From assembly GCF_009914755.1 (NCBI RefSeq), contig NC_060942.1: a stretch of DNA of 64,000 nucleotides. One strand, given 5' to 3'. The position numbers and the translations under genes were made by a program. The notes beneath the pieces are model-generated. The model had not been told where the DNA came from. It searched no databases and saw nothing but the letters and a program-made list of their open reading frames with translations. Below are positions 29,733 through 48,214 of this stretch, in pieces; the stretch's first letter is position 1, and every line of letters starts with the position of its first letter. The stretch comes from the human T2T-CHM13v2.0 reference genome, Homo sapiens.

Positions 29733-31548
29733 TACTCACTGCGGTGCATGTACATACGATTGAGACTTTTGTCTCTAGAGGTGATGGGAGATGCTAATTT
29801 TTGATGAGTGTAATATGATACATAAAAGAGAGACTTGAGTGGACAAGGGGTATCCTTAACGTTAAAACTTGGTTTTCAAGCAAAATGTCATTATTTGTAC
29901 AGACGTCAACACTGTATGCAAAATACTGCAGTAGGTAGGTGCCAGTTTATACTTTACAGGAAGACAAGGCCTCAATACATAATCTCTTATTAGTTTATAG
30001 AACGACTACTGAAACAAACAGAAACCTACATGAAGCAAACCAGTAATGGGCCGATGTATTTAGTGCCTCTGAAACAGTTCTTGTTTGAGTGAGATAAAAC
30101 TCAAGTGTGAATTTAATTAGTTTTTATTTCATTTCTTGCTGACTGTTAGAGATTTGTTAGTAATGTTGTACTGATGTCCTTCTGTGTTTCAAATAAGGCT
30201 TGGAGTTTTCTTTGAGGTTTTGAAAAAGGTGTGTTTTAATTTTTCTCTTTGTAGTGCAGGCCATACTGGGATACTTCTACCCATTTGTATGGGGTGTCCC
30301 CATTTTAACTTCTGAAAAGTTTGCTGCTTTTCTGTTCTTTCAGGGCTAACCTTCACTCCTTTTCTGACGTCGCTGACTTCTGAAACTGGCAGTGTGCTGG
30401 TAGAGGTAGACTCTGTCTATTATAGCTTAAATATAAAGCTATAAACACATGTAGTTTTTCTTCTCTAAATTCTTTAGCAAGACACCTGTGGTCCTCAGCT
30501 GGCACAGAATACCTGGTTGCCTTGGTGCTTGCTTACCTTGGGCCACCCTTGTGCTGTTTTCCAGTTTTGCAGCTCTTTTTGCGGCTTGCTCTTTCACCTG
30601 CTTGCAGACCTGTGTGAACAACTCAACCTGTGAATATTTCCTGCAAAAACGTTTTCATCTTGCCCATTTGGCTCTGGGCCCTTAAGGTGTTTGTTTTCGT
30701 GAGCAAGGCCTTTTTCACTGGTGTGTTCGGATTTGAAAGAAATATGTTCAATTAGTTTTCAGCTGTGGAAAGTTCTAGTTTAGGGACACTTTTAAATAAA
30801 AGCTCGTCGGTTATAGTGTGGTAGAGGCAGCATGCATTTCGACCCCATGAGCGGAGCTTCTGCAAATGTAAAATGCCTTTTTCTCCAAGTGCTCTAAAAA
30901 ATATACATTTAAAGTTTATTATTAGCAGAGAGTAGAAATCTTTTTCCCTATTCTAAGAAAAGTTGTTGCACTTTGGATGGTAAAATTGTAATTGTAACTT
31001 TTTTTTCTTACCCCTATAGGGTACCTTTACCAAAGTAAATCATTTTGGCTTCCAGTGATTAATAACATAGCTTTTAAAAAGACAAAATGAAACACCTAAT
31101 TCAGGCCAGTAAACTGACATTTCCAAGATAAGGGAAAAGCACTAAGTAACTTGGAAGCTAAGTAACTTGGTGAAGATTTTTGTCATCTAGTAAATGGGTA
31201 TCCTTTCGTGCTCAACCCATGCTGTTATGATAGTATTCTCTCCTTACTCCGTTTCTTTAGATAAAAGCAAAACCTTTATTTCTTTGTGCATCTTTGGGTA
31301 GTCACAGAAACCCCTAATTAGCAAGCAAATAAAAAAAATTTAGCTTCTTTTTGCTAAAGTAAAGAGCCTCTGACACCTTAACTAGGTACTGTTGAGTGGA
31401 TTGGTCTGAGGCAGAGATGTGACATCTTGTTAAGTTTGTAACTTTCCCTAGTAAATCCATTTCAGAAAAAATTTCAGTTTATGACTGCACTTGCATTTTG
31501 CATGTGGAAAACCCGTGCCACCAGAGTGAAGGATTTCCTTAGGAGTTG

Positions 31549-31578
31549 AAACAAAACAAAACAAAACAAAACAAAAAA
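31549..31578 (+). repeat. (AAAAC)n short tandem repeat
   Basis: Read directly. Confidence 0.85.
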
Positions 31579-32856
31579 ACGATCTTTCCACCTCTTTGAA
31601 AATTGCTTCCTTTTAAGGATAATGAACCAAATGCAAATTACCTTCTTTTCACATGGTGATTGCAATAAGGGGAGAATGGAGGCTCTTGTTGAATCCAAGT
31701 CTTTCTAAACTAAGGAAAAAGGAAAATTTTGTGTTTAATTCCTGTGTAATGTTTACAGAGCCGACTGTGATGTTCTGGAGTCAAAAACAAGATTTATATG
31801 GAAATGTTGATTTGTTGAATTTGTGAGTCTGCTTTGTGGGAAGTACATAGGATAGAGAGAACAGTCCTTAAGACAACTTGTAGCTACTTTAAAAAATTAC
31901 ATAAATATGACAGAGGGTGATTTAGTACTATGTGGTGGGATCCGTATCAAGGGTTTGCATGCCTATAATGGTATGGAGTGTATCAGATGGCCCTGTCATT
32001 CAGTGAGAAGACTGCTGCAGAAAAAACACAGGTAAAAATAATTGTCTTGCAACCTCAAAAAGTTTGGGAAAATGTTTAAAAAATGTAATCATTTCCATAG
32101 CTTAAAAAAATCTCCACTCACCTGTTAAATGAAAACTCTTTTCAGCCTTAGGTCAGTGTGTACTTTTGGAGATTCTGTTGTGTTTGCAGCTAAAATGTTT
32201 CTGAATTTATTCACAAAGATATTTCTTTGGAAATGCAACAGACAGAGGATGCATAGAGAGATGGGAAGAGTTAGCTATATTGAGTATGTTCTCATTTGTG
32301 TCTTTGGCTTAAGTAATATTTGTCAAAATCTCTTGAACATACTAAATATTTGTCTTAATTTCAAGATCTTGCTTGAAATGTAACCACACTGATATGCTTA
32401 CTTTCCCTTGGCTATGCTTTGATGGCTAAAATTAAGGACTAATAACGAAATGACTAATTCTACCCACCCAAATTAATCTTGTTCAGAATTAGTGATATCT
32501 TCAAGTTTCTGTAACTGGTGGTTGACTGACTCAGTTAAGAGCGGGTTTTGCCTGAGCATTAAAATCATCTTACCATTTATGTATCATTTCATCATTAGCT
32601 ATATTGTTCCTCCCCTCCCCCAACCCAATCTTCTCTTTTGCAGCCTTGCTCTTTCTTTGGGAAATAGAAAACTAAAACCCTGGGAATGAAATATATAGTT
32701 AGTGACTAATTTCATCTTGGCTTAAATGGATATGATTCATCTAGTTTTTATAATCTTCCGGCTGTTCTCAGACCTGTGTCTCTTTGCCCCTTGGGTTCCA
32801 TACTTGTCTTTGTATTTCTGTTTCTATTAGAAATGATAGTAGTGCCCCCAGAATAC

Positions 32857-33165
32857 TGGAGGTTGAAAACTGGCAGTTCTAAGGGATGGATACTAGTGGT
32901 CTACAGATTTATATTGTTTGATCAGTGGTGTGTTTAATTTTTAAAAATTAATTGTCAGTATGAAATAATAAGATTATTTCCAGTGTCTCTTGAAAAGAAG
33001 CACAAAATCTGGCAACACCAGGCCCACATTCCTGCATGAAGTGAAGCAGCAGCTGCCTCCGTAGATGATACATACACATGGTCTCCTGTTCCCAGTCCCG
33101 TTGAATTCCCTTCATTTTATATTACTTGCCTTGGCCCTGTAGGCATTTTCAGTTTGCAGTCCGAG
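32857..33165 (+). mobile_element. MER102-family hAT-Charlie MITE
   Basis: atctggcaacaccaggcccacattcc and ggccctgtaggcattttcagtttgc. Confidence 0.72.
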
Positions 33166-33269
33166 ATCTGTAAGTTTTCTCATCACAGATGGGTTCCTAT
33201 TTTTGTGATATTCGATTAGGTTTTCTACCTTGATTGCTGCTGATGCTGTGATAGCCTGTGAACTGGGGA

Positions 33270-33410
33270 AAGCAATGTGTGGTTTTGGCAGCCAGGTAGA
33301 ATTGGGTTTGAATCCTGGTTTCACCGTTTACCAGTTTTACGTCAGCTCTCAAAGCTTCCGATTCCTCCTGTGTGGAATGGATATAATCCCACCCCCTGGA
33401 GTGGTTGTGG
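33270..33410 (+). mobile_element. MIR fragment
   Basis: tgggtttgaatcctggtttcacc...ttcctcctgtgtggaatggatataat. Confidence 0.6.
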
Positions 33411-33642
33411 TCTTGGTGCAAGGCTCTCTCTGTTGCCCTTCTTTAGTTTTCTTCCTCCACGTCCACATTGTAAACTAGAGGACATAATTTAATTTTGTAG
33501 GAATTCAGAGTTTGAGGAGAGGAAGGGTGAATATAAAATGGGATTTAAACAAGGTGGGTTTTTTGTTTGTTATTAGTGGCCTGCTTAGCAAAACTTGATG
33601 AAATTTACAGTGATACCTCTTGGAATGAGTGTCTCCCTGGCA

Positions 33643-33955
<313 letters not shown>

Positions 33956-34141
33956 TTCCCTGGCATTTTTAATAACAATGCTGCATATGTGCAGACTCTC
34001 TGGAGATCGACAAATCTTGTTAAAACTTAAAAGCATTGCAGCATCTCTTTCAAATATTCTGGAAGGAATGGTGATAATTAAATGGTACTGTTCTCTAAGC
34101 AAGGTGTTAAAAGAATATGGTTTATTAAGAAATGATGGTAG

Positions 34142-34698
<557 letters not shown>

Positions 34699-35132
34699 CT
34701 CTGTAAGCATTTTTTAAACAGATTTAGAAAATACTGGGAAAAATGTCCTACACTCTATCCTCATTATAATTAGATGATCTTAAACCTAATGAAGATCTAA
34801 AGCTTTTACTTAGTATGTGAAACCTAAGTAATATTTTTTATTCTTAATAACAATTAATATGGATTTTTAAATTAATAAATTATAAGTGCTATGAGTATTC
34901 CTCACCACCCAGCTAAATAGAATCCTGTTTTTGTTCTAGAAAATTGACTGTCTGCATTTGTAAAGCTATGGTTTTGATGTACTTTGTATCTAGTTCAGGT
35001 CGTCACTCATCTGTATTGAACAGATTGAGTCCTAAAGAGGGAATTGATTGTTTAGGATCCTGTAAATAATTATCGGCTGACACTGAACCCAAGTCTTTTC
35101 CATTCAGTTTATAATCTTTCTGTAATTATTAA

Positions 35133-35559
<427 letters not shown>

Positions 35560-36664
35560 TAAAAATTAGAACAATTCTTTAATTTTGCGACCTTGGTTTT
35601 TATGATTAATCTAAGTAGGATATAAATTGCTCAAAGGAAATACCTCTATTGCATGTATATAATTCATTTTAAAATATTGATTATTTTTTAATTTTACCAT
35701 AATGGTTGCAATAGAGGTGTTTATGGAAAAGAGTTCTTAGTGTTTTTATCCTAGAAATATAAATTGTAAAATATCTAAAACAACAGTTGTTACTTTTTAA
35801 CACTCCTTTAAATACACTTTGCAGCTAAATCCACAAAGTCTACCAGTCTAAGGATCCACCTAGCCAATTAAAATTTTTATCCAGAAATTTTCCCCGTATG
35901 ACTCAGTTACTAATTTTTTTGTTCTCTAGCAATCACTTCTCCCTCCGGGCTATGCATGAGCTCCCAAGCTGTGTAGAGAAGTAGCCAACCTGTGCAGCTA
36001 AAGTGGTTGCAGTAACTTGTCTGTTCTACTGCTCTTTGAGTGTCCTTTTTTCTGCATAACTCTGCATGCTTCTGAAATAAGTATATAGTGTGAAACCTGA
36101 AACTGTGTTCTCTGACCTCCGGTGGAACTCGGGAGGAAGCAGGGCGCTACCAAAAAGCAGGGGAAGATCACCCAGTGCTTTTCCTATAGGTTGAGTAGGC
36201 CCTGGACATCTGCTGTCTTCAGCCCTGGACTCTACCTTTTGCCAGGTTTTCTAGTCTCCCGTGCAGCAAGTCATGCGAACACCTCATTCAGCCTTTTGCA
36301 GCCTGTACTGAACTGCTGTCGCTCATCGCACCCTTGTTTTGGGATGGAAGGAACTCCGAGACTGCTACACAGCTACTATTTCTGTCTGATTCCTCTCAGA
36401 TCTTACTCTTTCTCAGTCCCTCTTTTTTAGTTTTCTCACTGTCAGAGTCAGTCAGTCCATGGTGCTGTGACACTATTGTTTGGTGACACTATGCTATTCT
36501 CTACTGTATTTCTTTCTCTGTCTACTTTCTGGACTCTTTGACATCATACCTCTGTCTTCGTGACTTTTCCCAGTAGCACCAGAGATTTTTTTTTCTATGG
36601 GGCAGACCTAGATTCTGTCTCTTCAGTTGGTAAACGCTTAAATGCTCAAATAGTTTCTGTCTTA

Positions 36665-37022
<358 letters not shown>

Positions 37023-37164
37023 TTACCTGCAGCTGCTGTTCTGTTTTCTTATACCTCTGTTCATTTATAGGCAGATTATTCTTTCTCACCTTTCATTTGT
37101 CCTCAGCCCCATCCACTTTGGGTTCTGCCTCTTCCTTATTATGGATTTAATTTTCTTGTTGGTT

Positions 37165-37590
37165 ACCAAAATGGGGATGCTAGTCACACTTATGTCCTAT
37201 GGTTCTTGGGGATGAAATGAAATTGGGGATGAACCAAAATGGGGATGCTAGTCACACTTAACGTTCATCTTGGGGATGAAGTGGGTTCTTACTTGTACAA
37301 GGGAGGCCAAGGCAGGTGGATCACCTGAGGTCAGGAGTTCGAGATCAGCCTGGCCAACATGGTGAAACCCCGTCTCTACTAAAAATACAAAAATTAGCTG
37401 GGCCTGGTGGCGCATGCCTGTAAGCCCAGCTACTCGAGAGGCTGAGCACCAAAATGGGGATGCTAGTCACACTTACGTCCTAGGGTTCTTGGGGATGAAA
37501 TGGGTTCTTACTTGTACAACTCTTGAAGTGGTGTGCCTGGCATGTGACAAGCATGCAGCAGATGTGATGCTAGCTTTCATTATTATTGGC
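37165..37590 (+). mobile_element. MIR 3' half with locally triplicated core segment
   Basis: accaaaatggggatgctagtcacactta starts at 37165, 37233 and 37448; continues into gtgcctggcatg MIR tail. Confidence 0.78.
37301..37447 (+). mobile_element. Internal AluS fragment without 5' head or poly(A) tail
   Basis: gggaggccaaggcaggtggatcacctgagg...gctactcgagaggctgag. Confidence 0.9.
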
Positions 37591-38504
37591 TATTTGCCAT
37601 ATCCACGGATGTCATCTTGTCCCTTGTCTCCTTTAATTATTGACAGAAGTTGACACAAGTGATCATCTCATCCTTTAAAAAGTGCTTTCTCTCTTCCCTT
37701 GGCTACTAGGACACTTTACTGTCGTCGTTCTTTTCCAGTGTCATTGGCCATTTTCAGCTCCTTCATTAGTTTCTCTCCCACTTGTCTTTTAAATGCATGT
37801 ATTTCTCAAGGATCTCTTCATCTAAATGTCCTTCCCTCAAATTGCTGTCTTGTGCATTTTCCTTTTTAGTTAATACTATTATATCCTCCAAGTCACTCAG
37901 GATTGTTACCGTGAAATCATCCAGAATTCTGTCTCCTCCTTTGTCTCCCTTTTCAGACCACTCCAAAGCTGACCTTTTTTCAAATTTTGTTGATTGGACC
38001 TACCCCATCTTATGCATGGCCTTCTCATGTTCGATGCTACGATCCCATTTTGGATATCTGGTCATTCTCTTTTTCTGTCTTCTCATTACTGTCAGAGTTC
38101 TCTTTCTTAAAGTTCAGCCCTAATGTCACTCCCCATTGCATGAAGTGGTGGTCTCCAAAGAGGGGCGCTGGCATAATAGGAGGTATGCAAATAAGTACAT
38201 TTGGATATGAAAAGAAAATATTCAAGCTGTATTTATGCTTAAGTTAAGCTTTACTAATATTTGGTGCATGCATTGGTACCTTTATTGGCTCTATAAGCCA
38301 TTTGCTCATATATCTTGAAGTACCCAAGGGAAGACTGCAAGATGAATTAATGGTCTTCCACTGTTTGTTGCTTCTCAGCATATTGCAGTCTATTAAAGCT
38401 TCCATGTATCTGCTTAAGTAGATCTACAGGGTAAAGCATGTAGTTTTTAAGATGCATGTGTTCTCAAAAAGGGTAAGTGACATAAAATATTTGTACAGAA
38501 AAGG

Positions 38505-39174
<670 letters not shown>

Positions 39175-42100
39175 CTAGTAACTCCCTCACTTTAGTCTTC
39201 CCTAGGGGAGGAGAAGTGACTTATCTTCGAGTTTGGAAAAAGGAACTGGGCCTGTCTAGTTTCAGCTCATTCCTTTCCTACAGATCTTGCATTCTGCTGT
39301 GCTTGTTCACGCTGTGAGTTTTATAGGGGCAGTCCTCCTCAGGGAGGCCTCTGCCTGGTGAGCTGCACCTGTGACTAGGTAGAGAAACTGGCCTAATTCT
39401 GGGGTGAAATATTAGCCAAGACCACTCAACTAATAGAGCTAAGCTACCTTTTCCAACCTACGCTTTATTAGTAATAAAGCTATTATCTGTGTATATCACT
39501 CTATATAATATATCAGCTGTATATTATATATCAGATAAATATATATTTTTCTTTCTGGCTTTCCTGTCTTACTGGTTTTGAACTTGGGCTGGAAAAATAA
39601 GGGTGTTAAATATTGAATCTCTTTTACTTCAACACCAAAGACTTCATCTCTAAAATCGAGTTACCAATCACTAACTCTTAAGAGTTATGTGAGGGTAACA
39701 AATTTAAAATGAGAAGTTTTTGAAAGATAAACTGTCTACAGATGTATAGATTTATAAATGTTCTTGGGGGTGGAAAGTAGAAACAAGCTGGGACCTGTTA
39801 TTTTATAATTAACTGCCATCCACAGATTAAATTCTAGCTCCTGCCAGCCACTCTCCTGCCAGATCCTTGGATTACAAGAAATGGTGGAGGGGGTGGCAGT
39901 GAGTGGATACAGCAAATGAAAAATATCTCGCTTTGAGCATTTAACTCGGTATCAGGCCCTAAATCATAGTATTATGATATCTCAGTATATGGAAAGGAGA
40001 CAATATCAGATCAGGAAAATTAATTTTCCAACAGGAATGGGGAAGGTTAAAATACATAATTTCAAAGGAGACCACTAAAACCGAGATTCCTTCAGCTTTT
40101 CAAAAGTGCCACAATGTTATTTGGCCTTCTCTCAGTTAATGAACAGTGGGAAATGTGCTTACATTGGCTTAAGAGAGCCAAAACCGCAATTCCTGCAACC
40201 ACTTGAGAAAGTCCTAGAATTTGGGAGAATAAACCCATTACTGTATAAAACTAGAGAGAAAATCATTTGCAGTTTTCTGTTGGATTTGATCCATTCTTCC
40301 GTACATGAAAAGTTACGGCCCATATATGGCAAAACCCAATTCAGTTTTTGAGCGCTTTAAATGAAATGATTGAACAGTTTGGAGCATGACTTGCCTGTGG
40401 CATAGGCGTGAAATCTTAGGTAATGACTCATAAGAATTACTGTTGCCACAGAGTTTTAGAATGCAAGAATTGATCTGTCTCTGAAAATATTTATATTTGA
40501 TTGCATTTCTAAATAGGTAAGTGGGTAACAGCTGTTTGAATCTGGTGGCATGTGTGTTTGGAGGCATGGGGGAGAATATAGACTGTACTGCTTTTGTGTT
40601 AGAGAAATTGTGCTGTTTTATTTTTTCCTATCTGGTTAAATAGAGTACAATAGCAGAAAACCAATCAGTTCAGGGAGTGGCCCATTTCAGTGTGGCCCTC
40701 TTCATCCACAAAGTGGTTTGGAATGAAAAATGCTAAGATGCAGTATTTGGCTGGCACTTAGATAACTAAGAAAAGAGAATTGACTTAACTGTAGCAAAGA
40801 GAGTTGACGTGAGGCTCAAGTCATCTTAGGGCTCCTAGGAGAGGATGAGAATCCATTAGCACCTCTATATCTGGGGAGAGGGGTGTTGCCAAGAAGGCCT
40901 GTTTTGTAAGTTTGTTTTCATTGACACTGAATTTAATTTATATCTTAGAAACTATCCAGAGAAGTCTAAAGTTAAAAGTTTGAGAACTGCAATGTAGTAG
41001 TCAAAGAGGCCACAGCTTGGATGAAAAATTTCAGCTGCTATGATTAGAGAAAAACAAAAACAAATTAAAAATCAATATTGTCTCCCTTTTTTCAAGCCCC
41101 TGATCAGTCAGTAGTCACCTTGAGAACCAAAGGGATTGAATACAGTGGAGAGGATCCAAAAACGGAACCAGACATGACCTGTGAGGCAGGAAGTACAGCA
41201 TGAACTTTTATTGAAAACAGCTCAACAGTGATATCATTGGCTGACGATGGAGGAGGCTATTTTATATCTCTCTGGAATATAAGTTTAAAAATTACATTAC
41301 TCTGTAAACAACAGAAACAGTACAACAAAAGTTTCTTTAACAACCATACCTATCTGTAATACAGGCAAAAATGAGAAAATAAGTTGGAAAATTCTCTGTC
41401 CTAAATTGGAAGTCACTAAACCTTACCCAGATCAAATTTTATTATCTTTAAATATAATTCTGCTGAGCTTAGTTACGTGGTTATATTAGAAACATGCAAG
41501 TGGAAAAGAGGCTGCTCTAGGCATTCTCAGTGACAATAATCAAACCATTATGTAGGTGGGGAGGAGAAATTATATGATTACCTAACAATGAAAAAGGAGA
41601 TGGGGGAAAAAAAGACTAGAGAGAGCAAATACCGGAAACTGGGTTTTATTAGGATAAAAGCAAACAATTTATGCCTTAGTAAGCTTTTAGCTATCAGAAT
41701 TATAATTTTAGTTTATAGGTATCAAGAAAATGATTTATATGCTGTATTCTCTGGGGTGATGGTGGGGATGACAGTCTGTTAGTGATGGCTGCTATCCTCA
41801 TTGATCATCAAGGTTGAATTAGAAATAAACTATTGAAAGTTTAATATATCATCTATAAATGATTGCTAATAATAAAGATAGACTAAGTCCTTAAAAGAAT
41901 AACTCTGATATCTAGAAATTATTAAGAACTGCTCATTCGCTTAGCATTCTGTATCAAACTTTCAGAGATTATTTAACTGAAAGAAACAAAGTCAAGTGTG
42001 ATTAGAAATTGTAGATCAGAAATATATTTGAATTTTAGTGGAACATTAGATGTAAATCTTGACTAAGCCTTTTAGTATTGTGGAATCAGAAGTCCAGAGG

Positions 42101-42905
42101 TAGGAATGTTCTTAAAGAGGATTTTATGTAATCCCTGGTTTCTGCCAGGCTGTTTTGAAGCGTTTTATTTTAGAAAAAGTATTGACCAAGTGAAAAAAGA
42201 TGATTTCTGATTTTGAAATGAGTAGAATAACTAGATGTGATTGCTGTGGGGAGGGAGGATAAACAACTTTAAACAAACTCTTGTGTAATCATGCGAGGAT
42301 TCAAAGGATGTATTCTTTGTTTCTAAAATGCATCTTTTTTTTAAACATTCACAGAAATGTCACCAAGATGCTCTGTCTTTCATATACCAGGAAAAATAGG
42401 CCATTACTGTTTGTTGTCTGGATCCAATGGCTCTTTTGTAATGTTTGTGCAGTTTTCACTTTACAAATAATGTACAGAACAATAAAAGGATAGGGAGAAC
42501 AGCTTTATTAGAATACTTTAATAAGAATTTAAGCATAGTATACCCAAATTCTTCTTCCATGATGTATTCCAAATGAGTAATGTGCTAAAATGCAGCTAAC
42601 TGTTCATCAACTGTTATACGTGAATCTAGAACATTTCCATCTTATTAATACTGATTCCATATTTCAAATACATCTCTAATAAGTTCTACCTTATCATTAC
42701 TTTTTGTTCTTCTTGTACTTACATCATCAAATGCCATGCTTGAAGAACTTTGTGAAATCTTGGACAACTCATAGTTCTGTTGAAGGAGGCCATCATCTTT
42801 CCTCCATGTTTGCAACATATTTTTCTTCCTAGGTTTGTAAAAAGCCAATTAGCATCATCAATCTAGTGAATATTTTTTATTTCCAAATCATGTATTTCCT
42901 ACTAG

Positions 42906-43259
<354 letters not shown>

Positions 43260-43491
43260 TAACAACCATATGAAGTTTTGTTACAGGCCATTTTAGCAAA
43301 ATGGTATGGTTCAAATTCTTATTGTAGAATATTGCACCATGTAGTCCTTTCTGTTGAATAACTTTTTGGATGAGAACACCATACATTCTTTTTGCATTTA
43401 GAAATATATTGGTGATGCATCGGTTCTTGAATTTGAGAAAATCCATGTAGGATGTCTTCATTAAAGATTCATAGTTTGGATTTCGCTTACA

Positions 43492-44793
<1,302 letters not shown>

Positions 44794-45239
44794 TATGATC
44801 AGTTTCTTCTTCTTCTTTCTTCTGTCTTCTTCTCCTTTCATCAGAATCTGATGCTAGAGTGCTGTCATCTGTCTCTTTGCATTCATCTTCTGACGTAACT
44901 GTGCTGTGTCTCCATTTGTCACTTCTCTTTGCCATTGTGGGCAGAAAATGAAAAATTCTGAATTCTCAACTGTGTTCAGTGAAAGCTAAAAGCAGACTAT
45001 AAAGTTAGTATGTTTAGTCTGAAACTCTTCTGGAAGGTTATGTAATGTTGTGGGTAATGCAATAAGAAAACTAAAGGATGATAATATAATAGTAATAATT
45101 TATTTCATCATTATATCGTATCATGGAAAATAGGATTCCATTTTTCTGTTCTGTTTTCTTTATTTTTTTTAAGCATAATTGGCAATAATTGATGTGTAAT
45201 AGTGAAATAATTCTTAGGGTGATGAAATAAAGTGTTTTA

Positions 45240-45665
<426 letters not shown>

Positions 45666-46553
45666 GATTTTCTCTTTCTTTTTGTTCTTTGGAAGGTGTC
45701 CAAGAAAAAAACAAGTAACAAAATACAATCATTATATATAGTTAGAACTGCTCAAAAAAGAATTCCTCTCCCACCCCCCCAAAAAAAACTCTAAAATTGA
45801 GTACAATGGACCTTTATGGTATGCTGAGGCCCAGTCAAGGTTGTAAGCAGTATGTGATGTTCTTGGAAGCCAAAGGGAAGAGATGAATGTGGGAAGCAAC
45901 AGGAATGAAAAAGGCTTGGATTTTGTCATGCTGGGAACCCTAGGCTGCTGGAGTTTTGAGAGTCTCCTTATTTAAACTTTAGTTTCTGTGGTACTGCTGA
46001 ATTGGATCTACTCTAAGATCCCCACCCCACTTAATTTTTTTCTTTTTAACATGTTTCACAGGTTTTAGCTGCTGGAAAACATCAAGCAGTATAATGGGAC
46101 ATTTGTGTTAGCTACAAGTCTCCATAGGTAGAAGGTGGAACGTTGTCAAAGCCCTTCAAAACCTGTAATGTTGTTTGAACTTTGTACTTCATGATTTTTT
46201 TTGGAGCTTCCCTATGGCCTTGATATAGTTTACCTTACTTGTCTCCCTGAGATAAAGTAGTGCATTTCAGAGATGGGTGTTGTGAGAACTTTGGCTACAT
46301 GGAAAGTTTCCTTGTTGTTCGTTTGTGTGTTTTCTTTATTCATACTTCTTTGCCTCCAAAACATGCCAGATTTTTAGGGAGGTTAATTTCCTAAATAAAA
46401 TTATTTTTGGGGTGAGGGGGATGGGTTCTGTTTGTTTGTTGTTAACCAAAATGTAGTGTATCTCCACCCTAAATGTTGAGGAAGCTCAAATAACTGAAAT
46501 TTGAAAAGCCATTGCTGATGTTGCTGTGAATTTGGTAGAAAATGACACAACCC

Positions 46554-46925
46554 TGTCTTAGTTCGTTTAGGCTGCCATTATAAAATATCATAGAATGTGT
46601 GGTTTTATAAACAACATAATTGATTTCTCACAATCCTGGAGGCTGGGAAGTCCAAGATCAAGTTGCCGGCAGATTCCTTGTTGATGGAGGCCTGTTTCCT
46701 GGCTTATAGTTGGCCATCTTCTCACTGTGTACTCACCTGGCAGGAAAGGCAAGGCAGCTCTCTGGGGCTGCTTTTATGAGGTCACTAATCTCATTCATGA
46801 GTGCTTTGCCCTCACAACATCATCACCACCCAAAGGTCTCACTTCTAACACCGTCACATTAGGGGTTAGTATTTTAATACATGTTTTTTTGTGGGTGGGG
46901 GCACAAACATTCAGTCTGTGTAGCA
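46554..46925 (-). mobile_element. MLT1A-like MaLR solo LTR
   Basis: tgtcttagttcg...ctggaggctgggaagtccaagatcaag...cacaaacattcagtctgtgtagca. Confidence 0.87.
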
Positions 46926-47121
46926 GCCTTCTTGTGATATATGTACTGATTCATTGGCTCCTTCATTGGTCTGTTGTCCAAAATCTGGTTAGCTTGGATA
47001 GATTTAAGGCCAGGTATAATATGTGGTCCCGGTCAGTTTTTTTCTCTTCTTTCCTGATACTGTTCACTGCAGCTGAATTCAGCTATTTTTGCTCCTCTGT
47101 GATACTTCCAGATTGTTAGAC

Positions 47122-47320
47122 ACGTAGCATGGCATGGGGAAGTGCAAGGAGACTGAAGTCAGATCAGCTTCATTTTGAGCCTTTGTCAGCTGCCAATTGG
47201 GTTTTTGACCTTGGGAAGGTCACTTGACCTCTCTGAGCCTTTCGTTTTTCTTCTACAAATGGATTGCAAAGTTGTGATGTCTAAATGTGATGATAACTGT
47301 GAAAGGTTTTGACATAGAGG
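47122..47320 (+). mobile_element. MIR SINE
   Basis: tgaccttgggaaggtcacttgacctctctgagcct core. Confidence 0.72.
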
Positions 47321-47889
47321 TCATTTAGTAAGTCTTCCTTTGCCCTTGACTGAGCTAATATCATAATGATTCCCATCCCTTCTTTTAAAAGAGGCATTAT
47401 ATACACACTTAAAATTGCAGTAAATTTGAAAGCTGTCTTAAGAATTTGTAGAACCCATTGAGATGATTATTTAAGGTAACAATTTCATCTGTGTTCTTGA
47501 CTTTCGTTTAGAAACCTTATCCTTTCCTTTTGTGGTGTCAACCTGCCAACATTGTGGGCTCATTCTTTCTGGCTATAAAAGTGTTCAAATGTTTTCTGTG
47601 TACAAACAAAACTAATATTTCAGCTCAAATGAATAGCACATGAAATGGGAACAAACAAAAATACCTCTAAAAAAAAAAAGCAAAAAATAAAACCCTTCTT
47701 AGTTCTCATTCCTATTTATCAACCTCCTTTTCTCTTGCTTTTATAGCTAATGTCTTAAAAAAAATAACCCATAATCACCATGGTCACTTTAAAAGAATTT
47801 CCTTTTATTTCTAAAACTGATTTCAGTCCACCTTCCAACCCTACTACTCTATTGAAACTACATTCCTCAGGTCACAAAAGACCCAATAG

Positions 47890-48214
<325 letters not shown>

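Noticed and set aside
31141-31172. Short tandem micro-duplications (ctaagtaacttgg twice; also near 2702, 23762, 51294)
   Set aside because: Ordinary slippage products with no added structure.
37165-37519. CRISPR-like repeat-spacer pattern (28 bp repeat three times)
   Set aside because: Eukaryotic context, uneven spacing, repeat is MIR-derived and one spacer is Alu; no cas genes.
42645-42848. piggyBac-like ORF as a domesticated PGBD gene
   Set aside because: Only 67 aa, bounded by stops, truncated after the first catalytic motif and interrupted by other elements.
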